DNA from: Octopus sinensis
Taxonomy: Eukaryota
Assembly (NCBI RefSeq): GCF_006345805.1
Contig: NC_043004.1
Location: 79,174,001 to 79,238,000 of the forward strand
Direction: 5' to 3'
DNA: 64,000 bases
Positions 1 to 11,701 of this stretch are shown here, one piece after another. Position 1 is the stretch's first letter, and each line of letters opens with the position of its first letter. Made by a program: the position numbers and the translations under genes. A model generated the notes under the pieces. It searched no databases. It was not told the DNA's origin and saw nothing but the letters and a program-made list of their open reading frames with translations.

Positions 1-130
1 AACAGAGAAGGGAGAATATGATTGGGTGTAAATATAGCTATGATGGGGCTGATTAGTAATGGATTCTATGGAGTGTAATATTTGTGTGTGTATATATATA
101 TTTTTTCTTTTATTCTAAAGTTGAGGTATA

Positions 131-2449
131 TTAATTGTTTGTCGTAGACCCGTTAAGAAGTGGCTTGTATTTTGTAATAAAGAGATTTTCTTTACTTATT
201 CGTTGTCTCGAGGTTGTATCGTCCCTAAATTGGTAGAGGGGGAAAATTCTGAAGTTTGGTGTTTTTTTGTTGGCGCAAGTATCTATGTGTTGGCTAAAAG
301 CTATTTTTATCTGGGATCTGTGCAGGGCCATTCGTTTACGCAAACCATTTTTTGTTTGGCCTATGTACTGCTCTTGTCACCCGGAGCAGGTTAGTGAGTA
401 TATTAGGTTCTCCGAAGCACATGTGAAGTTGCTTTTCACTGTAAACCGTTGTCCCTGTTTGAAGGAGAACTCTGATCCCTCAATTAGATAGTCGCATATC
501 CCGCAATTGGGTCTTCCACATTTTTTTACTGTCGGCTTCTGTGTTGAAGAGTGAATTCGGGCTTGTGTAAGGAGACTTTTCATGGATCTAGGCTGTCTTT
601 TGCTTTTTATGATCGTGTGTGTTTGGAGGATTGTGTTCATTCTGTGGTCATTTTTTAGGAGGGGTATGTTGTGGAGGATGGTGTCGAAGGCTTCGTTATT
701 GTGAGGGTTGTGTGTGGAGATGTATGGTAAGGCTTTTGGTTGTAAGTTTTTCTTTGATTTGGGATGTCTCAGTTCCTTGATGTTAAGTTGAAGGGCACGT
801 TGAATGCACTTGTCAATAAGTGAAGGTGGATAGTTCCTGGTGATTAGGGTTTCTTTTAGTTCTTGTAGTCGTGTGTCTCTGGTGTTTGCGTTAGAGACTA
901 TAGTGCATATCCTTTTTGCTAGATTGAAGGGGATATTCATCCTGGTGTGTCTGGGGTGGCATGAATTGAATGGAAGATATTGCTTAGAGTCTGTAGGCTT
1001 ATGGTATATGTCTGTTTCTATTATATTATTAGCTTTCTTAATGAGGATATCGAGGAAGGGGAGTTGTTGTTGGCTATATTCCATCGTGAATTGGATGTTT
1101 ACGTCCAGTTCGTTTAAAATTTTCTGGAATTCTATGAGTTTTTCTATATTTTTATGCCAAAGGATGAAACAGTCATCTAGATATCTCTTCCAGTTGTTTT
1201 CTATGTAGATGGAGAAAGGGCTGCCATATCTTTCTAGAACCTTACGATACAGACTGATCTCTAGGTATCCTATGACTAGGTTGGCAAAGAGGGGGCCATT
1301 CGTGTACCCATCGCAGTCCCCGATTTTTGTCGGTAGAAGTTGTCATTGAAGGCGAAGAAGTTATTTTCCAGGATGAATTTAACCCCTTCTATCACACAAT
1401 TCTTTTTTGCGGTGTGGTAGTTCGTTGGCGTGATTCTCTAGCCAGAATTGGATTGCCTCTAGTCCTAGGTTGTGGGGGATATTGGAGTAGAGGTTGACTA
1501 CATCGAAGGATACCAGTATGGTGTTTTTGTTTATAGTATTCGGTAGGTGATTGAGCATATCTAAGTCGTCCCTTATATAGCTTTTGACATGTTTGAGGAG
1601 TGGTTTTAACAGGGTGTCTAAAAAGTTACTGAGGCGGTGGGTTTCGCATGCGGGACCTGCTATTATGGGTCTCAATTTAGGGACTTTAATTATTTTGTCT
1701 GTAGCTATCTTGCATGCGTTGCTTATTTTTTCACTTTTGTGGATCTTAGGTATACCGTAGAATTGGCTAGTTTTACTTGTGAAATTGGTCATATAATCAT
1801 ATTCTTTGTCGGTGAGCCCTGCTTTGTATGGGTTTAATATGGATTTTAGTTCCCTCATTATTTTTTGTTGACTGTAGTTTTGTGCCTTTTCATAGTATGT
1901 TGTGTCTTCCAGCATAGAAAGTACCAAAGTTATGTAAAATGTCGTATCCATTAAGACAACAGCACTCCCTTTATCGGCCTCTTTGATTGTTATTGTTTTA
2001 TTTAGTTTTAATTTGTTCAACTCAGCCCATTCTTTTTTGCTGAAGTTTGGTTTGTGTTTTTGTTTGTGCATATGTTGGTATGGGTAATTTGATATGTGGT
2101 CACAGAAATCGTCAAGTGTTTTATTCTTACCTTTCGAGGGGGTGTAGTTACTCCTATTTCTGGCTAACGATTCGTCCTCGTTGTATTTATCGTATAGCTC
2201 CTCAGTAAGTCTTAATTTTCTGCAGAATTCTGCGATGTCTTCTTTCATTTCATTGTAGTTGGGGTGTTGTGGGGTGGGTGTAAACTTGAGTCCTTTGGAA
2301 AGTATGTTTATTTGGTTTGCTGTTAGTTCCTTGTGAGTTAGATTAATAATTTTTATTACTTTTGGTTCCTCCTGCTTGTTTGGTGCTATCTTGTGTCTCT
2401 GTGTTTGCGTATTGGGTCTAAAAAATGAATGCGGTGGTTGGGACGGTAG
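131..2449 (-). pseudogene. PLE RT-GIY-YIG polyprotein (ORF2), disrupted
   Basis: Motifs read on the minus strand: LSKGLKFTPTP, IKEADKGSAVV, FYGIPKIHK, LRPIIAG, SFDVVNLYSNIPH, QKSGTAMG, KRYLDDCFILW (YLDD at 1172-1183), LPFLDI, DIYHKPTD, SCHP, LIYSLTCSG*QEQYIGQT, RMALH, KENLFI, PLLN. Lesions: +1 at about 1395, -1 at about 1287, and TGA at 377-379. Confidence 0.92.
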
Positions 2450-3033
2450 CTAGTATATAGTTGTTCTTTGTTGATTAGGGGTCTCCTGTTGTGATTTATG
2501 GTGTGTGTTCTTGGAGCAGTATTGAGGAGAGCATCCCGATATCCCATATTCGGGTGTGATGTTCTAGGAGGCCTTCGTTGGTAATCATTGCAAGTGGTGT
2601 GGGTTTGTTGTGCATGGTTGTTAAACCGGTTAATGGGACGAAGATTTCGTTGGTAACTCCTTTGGGTGGGGATGAGGTTGCAGTGTCTATGCTGTGGGTG
2701 TTGATTTATCCTTTCTCTGCTTGAAGTGGGGGTATTCCTGATATTGTATCGCTGGCTGCTTACAGAGTTAGGGTTAGGTCCTGTATTCTTTTTTTGATAG
2801 TAGTGAAGGTTCCGATTTTTAGACAGGTGTGTATCGGTGTTTGGGTGTTGTTTTGGTTTTCTTATTTTCTGGAAAGGGTTGTTGGAGGCGTGCTCTGTTT
2901 GAAAGACGGCTTCATAGTCTGAGAACCAAGTGGCGCTTTTCTCCCAGCGTTGGAGAGATTTTAGTTCTTCTTTTTCACAGTCCTCTTTCCATAGTTTGGA
3001 GAACTTCTCTTGATCTACTACCCTACCAAGAAC
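2386..3033 (-). CDS. PLE upstream ORF (ORF1-like, 5'-truncated), 215 stop-free codons overlapping the RT frame
   Basis: Translated by hand: VDQEKFSKLWKEDCEKEELKSLQRWEKSATWFSDYE...HRIHFLDPIRKHRDTR*. Charged helical start, then an N/Q/R/P/H-rich tail. No initiating ATG at its 5' end. Confidence 0.55.
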   Translation of the reverse strand, partial: VLGRVVDQEKFSKLWKEDCEKEELKSLQRWEKSATWFSDYEAVFQTEHASNNPFQKIRKPKQHPNTDTHLSKNRNLHYYQKKNTGPNPNSVSSQRYNIRNTPTSSRERINQHPQHRHCNLIPTQRSYQRNLRPINRFNNHAQQTHTTCNDYQRRPPRTSHPNMGYRDALLNTAPRTHTINHNRRPLINKEQLYTSYRPNHRIHFLDPIRKHRDTR

Positions 3034-3172
3034 TCACAACGACCTCCGACACACAAGTGCAAACAAGGGAGTCAGAGAAAGGCAGAATGCCACTTAAATC
3101 TGAACACTACTATAGAAATATTCTTTTAAAAAAACTTTTCTTCTAATTTTTCTAAATTTAATTATTTAATCG

Positions 3173-3216
3173 TTACAGTTGAAAAGGTCTCAAAATGACC
3201 GAAACCGGTACTGAAA
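3173..3216 (+). ncRNA. Minimal type I hammerhead ribozyme, U3:A8 variant
   Basis: CAG-TTGAAAA-GGTC-tcaaaat-GACC-GAAAC-CG-GTA-CTG. Stem I CAG/CTG, stem II GGTC/GACC, palindromic ACCGGT stem III, predicted cleavage after A3210. Confidence 0.7.
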
Positions 3217-3262
3217 TGTTCACTATAAAATTATTTTAGCATTTTCTATTTTTGACTTGTTT

Positions 3263-3266
<4 letters not shown>

Positions 3267-3355
<89 letters not shown>

Positions 3356-3358
3356 ATA

Positions 3359-3416
<58 letters not shown>
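3267..3416. repeat. (TA)n/(GT)n microsatellite
   Basis: Direct reading of the sequence. Confidence 0.95.
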
Positions 3417-3418
<2 letters not shown>

Positions 3419-3759
3419 TAGAGGGAAACTACTATGTGGACACCCTTATGCTAGAAATAGATCCGCTTTGGTCTTACCACTAAGAAATGTTCTCAAGAAA
3501 AATTTAACAAAACAACCAAGACGTAATCGAGCAAGACAAAAGAAAAAGCAATAAAAATATGGATTATTCGCATACATGTTTCACTATTAACATATTACGT
3601 AATTTTACTTACATAAATGTCCGTAGATCATCGGTGCGACCGTCCAGATGTGTGCATGCATGTAAATGTGTAAATTTCGGCACAGTACGCTGCTCAGGTT
3701 GAATTCCATTGTGTGTTATCTTGAGTAAATATTGTTATATATGTCTATATAAATGTCTA

Positions 3760-4020
3760 TAACCTTGGGATGTCCCATATCCTGTAAGTGAAATTGAGTA
3801 AATGGAAACTATAGAGAAGCCTATCAAGTGGATTGCATCTGTACATCAAAAAGGCACATTCTTTTCATACTGTATCATGCTGATTCTGCCTGAGAATTAA
3901 GTTAAGGACACACGTGTCTATGGAATACTCAGCCACTTAGACGCTGGTTCAATGAGCAAGTAATACAGTTAATCGAACAACTGAATCGTCGTCGAAACCG
4001 ACGGAGAACTAACTATCTGT
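3760..4020 (+). mobile_element. Decayed 3' part of tRNA-derived SINE family C
   Basis: Resembles the tail of the 6639-7020 copy (acacgtgtct..ggaatactcagccactt..tcgtcgtcgaaaccgacgga). Confidence 0.55.
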
Positions 4021-4104
4021 AGGCGTCTGTTTATTCATATGTTACATTATATTAACGATTCAATGACTTGAAGTAAATTGGGATTATAACGATAAGAAAT
4101 ACCC

Positions 4105-4300
4105 TTTCTACTATAGGCACAGAACTTAGTGTGATGGAGCTAGTCGATTTCAGTCTTCAACTGGTGCTTATTTCATCGACTCTGAAAGGAGGAAAGGGAA
4201 GGTCGACTTCGGCGGGATTTGAACTCAGAACGTAAAGACGGGCGAAATGCTGCTTAAGCATTTTGCCGGGTGAGGTAACGATTCTGCCAGATCATCGCCT
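4105..4300 (-). mobile_element. SINE family A (octopus OR-like)
   Basis: Reverse complement of the recurrent gttctgagttcaaatcccgccgaagtcgac..cctttc motif. Confidence 0.75.
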
Positions 4301-4399
4301 TAAAACGATAAGAAATATAATAAAATAAGAGATTAATTCCATATTACAGATATAGAATGGAGTTGCATACGTCTGTAATATCATTAAAGGATATTAATT

Positions 4400-4790
4400 C
4401 ATTATTTCTTCATATCGCTTTGTAACTACGTGGTCTGGAGTTCAATCCAACTGCGCGGCCTTGTAAGGGGATATGGTAAATGAAAACGGTGTTGAATCTC
4501 GTCGTGTATTTATGTGAGTGTTTATGTATGTATGTGTATATACATGCATGTTTGTATGAATATCTATTCGTATATATATACATTATGTGTGTGTTTGTGT
4601 TTGTCCCTCTCTACCGCTTAACAACTGGTATTGGTTTGTTTACATCCCTATAATTTAGCGTTTCAGCAAAAAGGACCGATAGAATAAGTATCAGACTTGA
4701 AAATAAGCATTAGGGGCGATCTGTTCAGCCATACCCTTCTAGGCGGTGCCCTAGAATGGCTGCAGTCCTCTGATTGATACAAATAAAATA
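4400..4790 (+). mobile_element. SINE family B, decayed
   Basis: Shares ccgcttaacaactggt..tttacatccc..ccgatagaataagta with the other family B copies. Confidence 0.65.
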
Positions 4791-4862
4791 TACAAAAATT
4801 ATACAGAGACATTTGACCAAAAATATATATTATATGCAATTTTCGTATAATTTCTGTTCCAG

Positions 4863-4916
4863 GGGCCTAAAGGAATGTCAGGCGATCCAGGACGAATTGG
4901 TGATCCAGGAAGAGAG
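4863..4916 (+). CDS. Collagen triple-helix exon, 54 bp (GPKGMSGDPGRIGDPGRE)
   Basis: tttctgttccAG acceptor, six perfect Gly-X-Y triplets, GTAATT donor, phase 0. Confidence 0.93.
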
Positions 4917-5069
4917 GTAATTATACAATATTGTATATTATTTTGCACCAACTTTCTTTCATCAGAGTCTTTGCATATCTTTCCATTAAAGCTCTGGCAA
5001 TGATATTATTTTTATTGTGTAGCCCCAAAAGAGACTTATGATCGGATACACGTCATTATGTAACCCTTA

Positions 5070-5460
5070 AATTTAAGCCCTTCGCTCCGTACGGATCAGA
5101 GGCCATCGACAACTTTTCTTCATTCTTCTCGAATTTGGGTTGTCTTTTCTGCTTCCCTCCAGTTAGATCCCAGCTTTTTCAGCTCTAACTTCGTATCCCA
5201 CTTCATATGATTCCCTGAGGGAAGGCCTTCCTCATCCAGATCTTATTGGTTTTCAATCGTCATCCATGCTTCTGCAGCTTTGCTATTTCCAAGGTAAGGG
5301 TGTTGGCCCTATGCAAACTCACTTTGACCTCCAAGAAGAGGTGGTCTAGATTAGTCTGGCCACTGACCTTTGACCCAGAAGCTTGGGTTCTGCTGATATA
5401 TAACTTGAGTCATTGAAACCCGCAAGCCACCACACTGCAACAAGAACTGGACCTTGTGGT
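5070..5460 (-). mobile_element. RTE-clade LINE 3' fragment
   Basis: Minus strand reads ELKKLGSNWREAEKTTQIREE*RKVVDGL*, similar to the RTE ORF2 C-terminus (W...E..AQDR..WR..V.GLC). Confidence 0.6.
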
Positions 5461-6232
5461 GGGTCATTGTGTAACACCCAAGCAGATATATGATTAAATA
5501 TGTGTTCCAGTAGTGGCCAACTCATCTTATTTTCAGACGTAGTATATCTAGCACTTCAAAACTGAGAGTATCCTATGCTTAATAATATGGTAGTTTATGA
5601 TTTAAAGAATATTTGGCTGCGATTTCTTGGAGGTAAGGTGGCTAGGAATAAGTACACACGTTGATTTGTGAGAACTGCTTTAATTTCTTACGGTGAATAC
5701 AAAGAAGTTGGCAATAAAAACCCTGTGCAGCCCGAAAAGTAACTTTAGTTTTATATTTGGACGACATATTTAGTCATATCTAATTTGTAATATAATTCTA
5801 TAACATGGAACGCGATGTGGTTTATTATTTTTTTTAATTATTTTAAATCTAGGAACAAAATATGTTAGAGGGCTTTTGCATCGCTACAAATCATAAATGT
5901 ATGTGAGATGTACTAAATAGTTGCAGTGTAGCACCTTAGCAAAGGCGTTGAAAAAAAAAAAGAGAGAAGTGAAGTAAACGAAAATCAGTTCTGCGTCCTA
6001 CACTGCGACATAAACTCTGTACACCAGTTTATCGCGCTTTCGGTAAGAGCAGTGAAGTATATTATAATCAAAATGTCATTGGATTATATGAAAGGAGTTA
6101 ATAATAGGAGATCGTATCAGCAAACCTGGAAATTTCTTGATCATTACTCCTATTTTATTCAATGATAAATTTTGTTTCGTGAGTAAAATACAATTTGAAT
6201 GTGTGTGTGGTGTGAGTGTGTGTGTAGGGTTT

Positions 6233-6268
<36 letters not shown>

Positions 6269-6365
6269 GCGTGTGCGTGTGTGTGTGTGTGTACATATAT
6301 ATACACAGATAGGTAGATAGATAGGTAGATAAATAGCTAGATAGACAGATAGATACCTATACATG

Positions 6366-6411
<46 letters not shown>

Positions 6412-6638
6412 TGTGTGTGGAACAGAATATCCTGTCTAACTCCTAATGACCGAGGCAGTATCTATTGCTGAGGAGCAGAAGTTACGCCAAAACACCATGC
6501 TGACGTCACTTGGTAGGTCCTTACACAATGGGGATAAATTTGTTCCTCCAGAAAAATTCCGCAGAAATTGCCATTCCCAATGCAGTGTAGGAACGGAATA
6601 AGAATTAATTTACACATCATCCATTTATCTATCTATGT

Positions 6639-7020
6639 GGAGGCGCAATGGCCCAGTGGTTAGGGCAGCGGACTCGCGGTCATAGGATCGCGGTTTCGAT
6701 TCCCAGACCGGGCGTTGTGAGTGTTTATTGAGCGAAAACACCTATAAGCTCCACGAGGCTCCGGCAGGGGATGGTGGTGATCCCTGCTGTACTCTTTCAC
6801 CACAACTTTCTCTCACTCTTACTTTCTGTTTCTGTTGTACCTGTATTTCAAAGAACCGGCCTTGTCACTCTCTGTGTCACGCTGAATATCCCCGGGAACT
6901 ACGTTAAGGGTACACGTGTCTGTGGAGTGCTCAGCCACTTACACGTTAATTTCACGAGCAGGCTGTTCCGTTGATTCGGATCAACCGGAACCCTCGTCGT
7001 CGTAACCGACGGAATGCTTC
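6639..7020 (+). mobile_element. SINE family C, full length, tRNA-derived head
   Basis: A box TGGCCCAGTGG and B box GGTTTCGATTCC. Body and tail are shared with 58673-58977. Confidence 0.85.
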
Positions 7021-7491
7021 CATTATCTATCTATATAACTATTTATTTATCTATCTAGCTAGCTAGTTATCTATTTCTCTATTTCTTTAACTATCTATTT
7101 ATCTATCTATTTAGCTATGTATCAATCTATATATCAATCTATTTATCTATCTATCTCTCTCTCTCTGTCTCTCTCTCTCTCTCTCTCTCCCTATCTGTCT
7201 GTCTTTATCTATCTATCTATTTATCAGTCCATCTATCTATCTATCTGTCTGTCTGTTTCTCTGTCTGTCTCTATCTGTCTATCAAACTACCTATCTATCT
7301 GTGTGTGTGTCTCTATCTATCTTCCTCTCTCTCTCTCTCTCTCTCTCTATCTCTATCTATCTATCTGTCTGTCTGTCTGTATGTCTGTCTATCTATCTAT
7401 CTGTCTATCTTTCTTTCTATCTATCTATCTATCTGTCTATTTGTCTGTCTTTATGTATGTATGTATGTATGTATGTATGTATCTATCTATC

Positions 7492-7551
<60 letters not shown>

Positions 7552-7650
7552 AGTCCATCTGTCTGTTTGTCTATCTATCTGTCTGATGTCTGTCTGTCAG
7601 TCAGTCAGTCTGTCTGTCCATCTATCTTTCGCTCTATCTATCTACCTATA
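7021..7650. repeat. Compound (ATCT)n/(CT)n/(GTCT)n/(ATGT)n microsatellite
   Basis: Direct reading. It explains the YLSI-type ORFs here. Confidence 0.95.
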
Positions 7651-7731
7651 GTTATCGTATATACAAAAATTGCCTTTCATAATTCGTAACCATTAAATCT
7701 AACACTTGCAAATTGATCATCTTTTATAAAG

Positions 7732-7776
7732 GGAGTTATGGGACCAACCGGTCAGCCAGGAAATGACGGCAAAGAC
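7732..7776 (+). CDS. Collagen exon, 45 bp (GVMGPTGQPGNDGKD)
   Basis: cttttataaAG acceptor, five Gly-X-Y triplets, GTATGT donor. Confidence 0.92.
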
Positions 7777-7914
7777 GTATGTATCATTTATAATCTCTCC
7801 ATTTGCTATGTAATTATTACGAAAAACTGTAGCCTTCCTTGCAAAGATCTCGAGTTTTACTAGAGAAAGTTGATTGCTTCGATAAAACACGTACATTTAT
7901 CGTTGCATATATGT

Positions 7915-8010
7915 GTCATATAATATATATATATTATATATATATATAATATATATATATATATTATATATATATATATATATAAAATCATACATACATA
8001 CATTCATATA

Positions 8011-8057
<47 letters not shown>

Positions 8058-8105
8058 CGCGTGTGTGTGTGTGTGTATAAAATCATACATACATACATTC
8101 ATATA

Positions 8106-8162
<57 letters not shown>

Positions 8163-8191
8163 CATATATATATATACATATATATATATAC

Positions 8192-8275
<84 letters not shown>
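7915..8275. repeat. (TA)n microsatellite with a local duplication of aaaatcatacatacatacattcatatagtgtgc
   Basis: The unit is seen at about 7984 and 8079. Confidence 0.9.
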
Positions 8276-8279
<4 letters not shown>

Positions 8280-8816
8280 TTAAACGCACCAAAACTACGC
8301 TGATCTCCAGGGCTGATGAGCGATTTGAGAAGTGTCCCATGTGTATTGCCTTTTTCCATGTTTCACTTTAATGCTCACTGTGTGGGGGGCAAGGGACCTG
8401 CGTGTGTATGTTACCGAAAGGGAGACAGGACTGTGATATACATATATATACCACTTGTATCGTTGTGTATATTTTGCATACGCGCACATCTGTATGAATA
8501 TAATTTTACATTTGCGTGCAAGCGTGCGCGTGCACATAGGAAGGAGCACGGTGTGTGCTCACGTGTGTATGCATACAATTGTATTTATGTTTATGGTTGT
8601 ATTCAGATCTCTATCATTGTTAATTATCCGTGTGCCAGTGCACACAGACTATAATCAGCTGCTTATACAGGGTGCGGCAAATAGTCTCAGATTCATCATT
8701 CTGCATAAAGGTTTTAAAAGCAAAGACACAGCAAAGACAAAGCAAAGAACGATAAAACAATTGGCTATATGAAAACACATTCTAAGGCAGTTCCTATCAA
8801 TATAAGGAAGACAAAG

Positions 8817-9012
8817 TCGGCGAGCTGACAGAGTGGTTAGCACACCGGGTAAAATTCTTAGCCGTATTTCACCTGTCCTTACATCTTGAGTTCAAATTCC
8901 GCCGAGGTCGACTTTGCCGTTCATCCTTTAGGGGTCGATAAAATTAAGTACCAGTAAAACACTGACACCAGTATTTGACTGGCAACTGCTGGCTTTGTGC
9001 CAAAATTTGAAA
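8817..9012 (+). mobile_element. SINE family A
   Basis: ggcgagctgacagagtggttagcac..gagttcaaattccgccgaggtcgactttgcc. Confidence 0.85.
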
Positions 9013-9519
9013 CCTATATGAAGACGCATTTATCCCTTGCCCAGCTTCATTAGTTCCACACCAATGGTCGTGTTAAATGTAAGAGGATTGTTTTTCTATC
9101 ATTCACTGCAATTGATTTGTACTGTATCTGAAAGCAAGCGAGGTGACACCTGCCCCATTCAGGAAAGGTTACCTACTTTCGGCTAAATAAAATAAATCAT
9201 TGAACTCCGGACATGCTAGTCCTTTTCTAAAATTGCATTGAGGAAAGCATTTTATGTCATGTGGAATCTTGCTCCATGTTCTCATGAGCCATTTTGGTGT
9301 CCCCTAAAATATTTCTAGCTTTCGTCAATTGTCGGCAAAATACATTGGTTGCTACGATGAAAACAATCGGCCCCGGCATTTTTACTGAAATTCATTTGAA
9401 ATATACATACAAAAATACACTGCTTCTATCTCGAGCGGAGATTTTCTAACGGACTAGTTTCCTATTTTCTATATATTGCAAGCTAGGCTAGACTACTGCA
9501 ATACCTGGAAAACGAGTGC

Positions 9520-9565
9520 CCACCGCTGAAGAGATCCAATAAGATCGAAATCATGTTTCTGGTGG
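9520..9565 (+). ncRNA. Degenerate hammerhead-like motif
   Basis: CCACCG-CTGAAGA-GATC-caataa-GATC-GAAA-tcatgtttc-TGGTGG. Core, stem I and stem II fit; stem III is imperfect. Confidence 0.45.
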
Positions 9566-9868
9566 TCTCGGAGCTAGGGTGGCAAGGGTTCTCTCCCGCT
9601 TGCAATAGATATCGAGTGCGAAAGCGCACTGAATAAACCACTTGGAGGAGATGTCTCCCTGCGGTTAAAACAACAATATCGTCATCTCTTTGACAACACC
9701 AACGTTGAAGTGGTGATAAATTCTATACATATGTATATATATATATATATATATATAGTATTTTATGATGTGATTCATACATACATTCATAAAAATCATA
9801 ATAAATGAAGAAATTTATTTAAACACATTTCAATACTACCATTCTTAATAATTTTTATTATATTTTAG

Positions 9869-9922
9869 GGTTCTAAAGGAGATTCTGGTATTCCTGGAAT
9901 CAGAGGACCACAAGGACAAATT
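9869..9922 (+). CDS. Collagen exon, 54 bp (GSKGDSGIPGIRGPQGQI)
   Basis: tattttAG acceptor, six Gly-X-Y triplets, GTAAGT donor. Confidence 0.94.
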
Positions 9923-10172
9923 GTAAGTTTTTCAGCATCCGTTGAATATGAGGGTATGTGTGAGAGTGACCTGATGTCAGTAATTTATGTTTTTGTAAAA
10001 CAACAAACGAGTATCTTGTACACCTCCTTACCTTTTTACCTGCAACTCATCGAAGGCTAAACGTCCTCGTCACCGCCAGCAGACAGAAAATCATAGGTTC
10101 CATATGTTGTACGAAATCTGAAACAATCCAAAATGAAGGGCATTGGATTGGTAGAATTATTAGAATTTCGGA

Positions 10173-10223
<51 letters not shown>

Positions 10224-10240
10224 CATTATTATTATTATTA

Positions 10241-10436
10241 AGGCTGCGAACCGGGCAAAATGCTTAGCGGTATTTCATCCGTCGCTATGTTCTGAGTACA
10301 AATTCTGCCGAGGTCGACTTTGCTTTTCACCCTTCCGGGTAGAAAAAATAAGTACCAGTTGCATACTGAGGTCGATGTACTTGACTGAGGTCGATGTACC
10401 TCCCACCAAATTTCGGGCTTTGTGCCTTTAGCAGAA

Positions 10437-10473
<37 letters not shown>

Positions 10474-10705
10474 TATTATTATTATTAAAAGGCAGCAAGC
10501 TGGCAGAATCGTTAGTACGTCGGACGAAATGCCTAGCGGCTTTTGTCTGTCATTACGTTCTGAGTTCAAATTCCGCCGAGGTTGAACTTGCGTTTTATCC
10601 TTTCGGGATCGATAGAATTAAGTACCAGTGAAACACTGGAGTCGATGTAATCGACTAGTCCGCCCCACACTAAATTTCGGGCATTGTGCCTATAGTAGAA
10701 ATGAT
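10241..10705 (+). mobile_element. Two tandem SINE family A copies separated by (ATT)n
   Basis: Family A body at 10241-10435 and 10487-10705. Confidence 0.85.
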
Positions 10706-11339
10706 TACTACTACTACTACTACTACTACTTCTGCTGCTGCTGCTACTACTACTACTGATTAGCGAACGGTTTCATACGAAAGTTAGAGAGGTAGATGTA
10801 GATATCATTGAACATGACTGAATGGAAAAGTATGGCTTCTGCCCTTTCCTGCTAAAAAGCCTGAAAAACTCCACAGCCATTCTATGCATTACAGAATTGT
10901 AAAAATCCGGGCGAAAATAATACAAGTATAAGGTATAGACTAACAAAGCAAAAGAACAAAATGAACAAGGCTGGCTGTTAAGGTGATTGGAGTTATGTCT
11001 CTTGGATCGGTTTCTTTTAGCCATTGACGTGCATTTGGATAGCAAAAAGTATCCCCGCCCTCAGTAACACAGGTCGTACTTTTCTATTCGCATATGTCTG
11101 ATGATTGCTAAATATACTCGTCATTTTTGGCATGAAACCGTTCAGTAACAGCATTAACTGTCTATCATAAGATTATATTATATAAATAATGATAAAATAC
11201 ACACTCTATTGCCAGATATATGAGTGCTTTTTTTTATGATGTGAATACATACATATAGAAATGTATACATACACACACACACAAACATAAATATGCATAT
11301 GCATACGTATACATATATGTATTTATATATGTTCATATG

Positions 11340-11660
11340 TGTGGTGTATGTGGTAAGAGCGTCGGGCTCACAGACATGAGGTAATGGGTTCGATTCTAGA
11401 ACCGAGCTGTCTGTTGGGTTCTTGAACAAGACACTTTATTTCACGTTGCTCCAGTTCACTAACCCGTAAAAATGAGTTGCGACATCACTGGTGCCAAGCT
11501 GAATCGGTTTCTGCCTTTCTCTCGGTGGCATGGAGAGGGGAGGCCGGTATGCATGAGCGACTGTGCTGGTCTCCATAGAACTACCTAGCCCGGGTTTGTG
11601 TCTGGGAGGGTAACTTTCGAGGTGCAATGCCATGGTCAGTCATGACCGAAGAGGGGTGAT
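11340..11660 (+). mobile_element. SINE family D (tRNA head, CORE-like cttgaacaagacactt..ttgctccag centre)
   Basis: B-box-like GGGTTCGATTCT. Central block shared with 40072, 53870 and 27815. Confidence 0.65.
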
Positions 11661-11661
11661 C

Positions 11662-11701
<40 letters not shown>

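Larger units (their letters stand above)
1..3250 (-). mobile_element. Penelope-like retroelement (PLE), probably Neptune-type, with inverted terminal segment at about 3019-3250; may extend beyond the window's left edge
   Basis: Minus-strand RT followed by GIY-YIG endonuclease, plus a hammerhead motif in the terminal segment. The CGRPNCGIC linker and the CxxC between the GIY and YIG motifs resemble Neptune-group PLEs (clade assignment is inference). Confidence 0.9.

Noticed and set aside
2768-2778. TTAGGGTTAGG telomere-like motif within the PLE
   Set aside because: Under two units and within the PNPN codons of the upstream ORF; chance.
6501-6508. Perfect CRE site TGACGTCA
   Set aside because: A single 8-mer is expected by chance in 64 kb and has no supporting context.
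6639-6715. tRNA genes at SINE heads (also 25827, 40072, 56213, 58673)
   Set aside because: A and B boxes are present but run into shared SINE bodies; no complete cloverleaf or terminator was seen.
9341-9358. YIGCYD resembling a WSC-domain start
   Set aside because: Only six residues, with no following cysteine pattern or splice sites.
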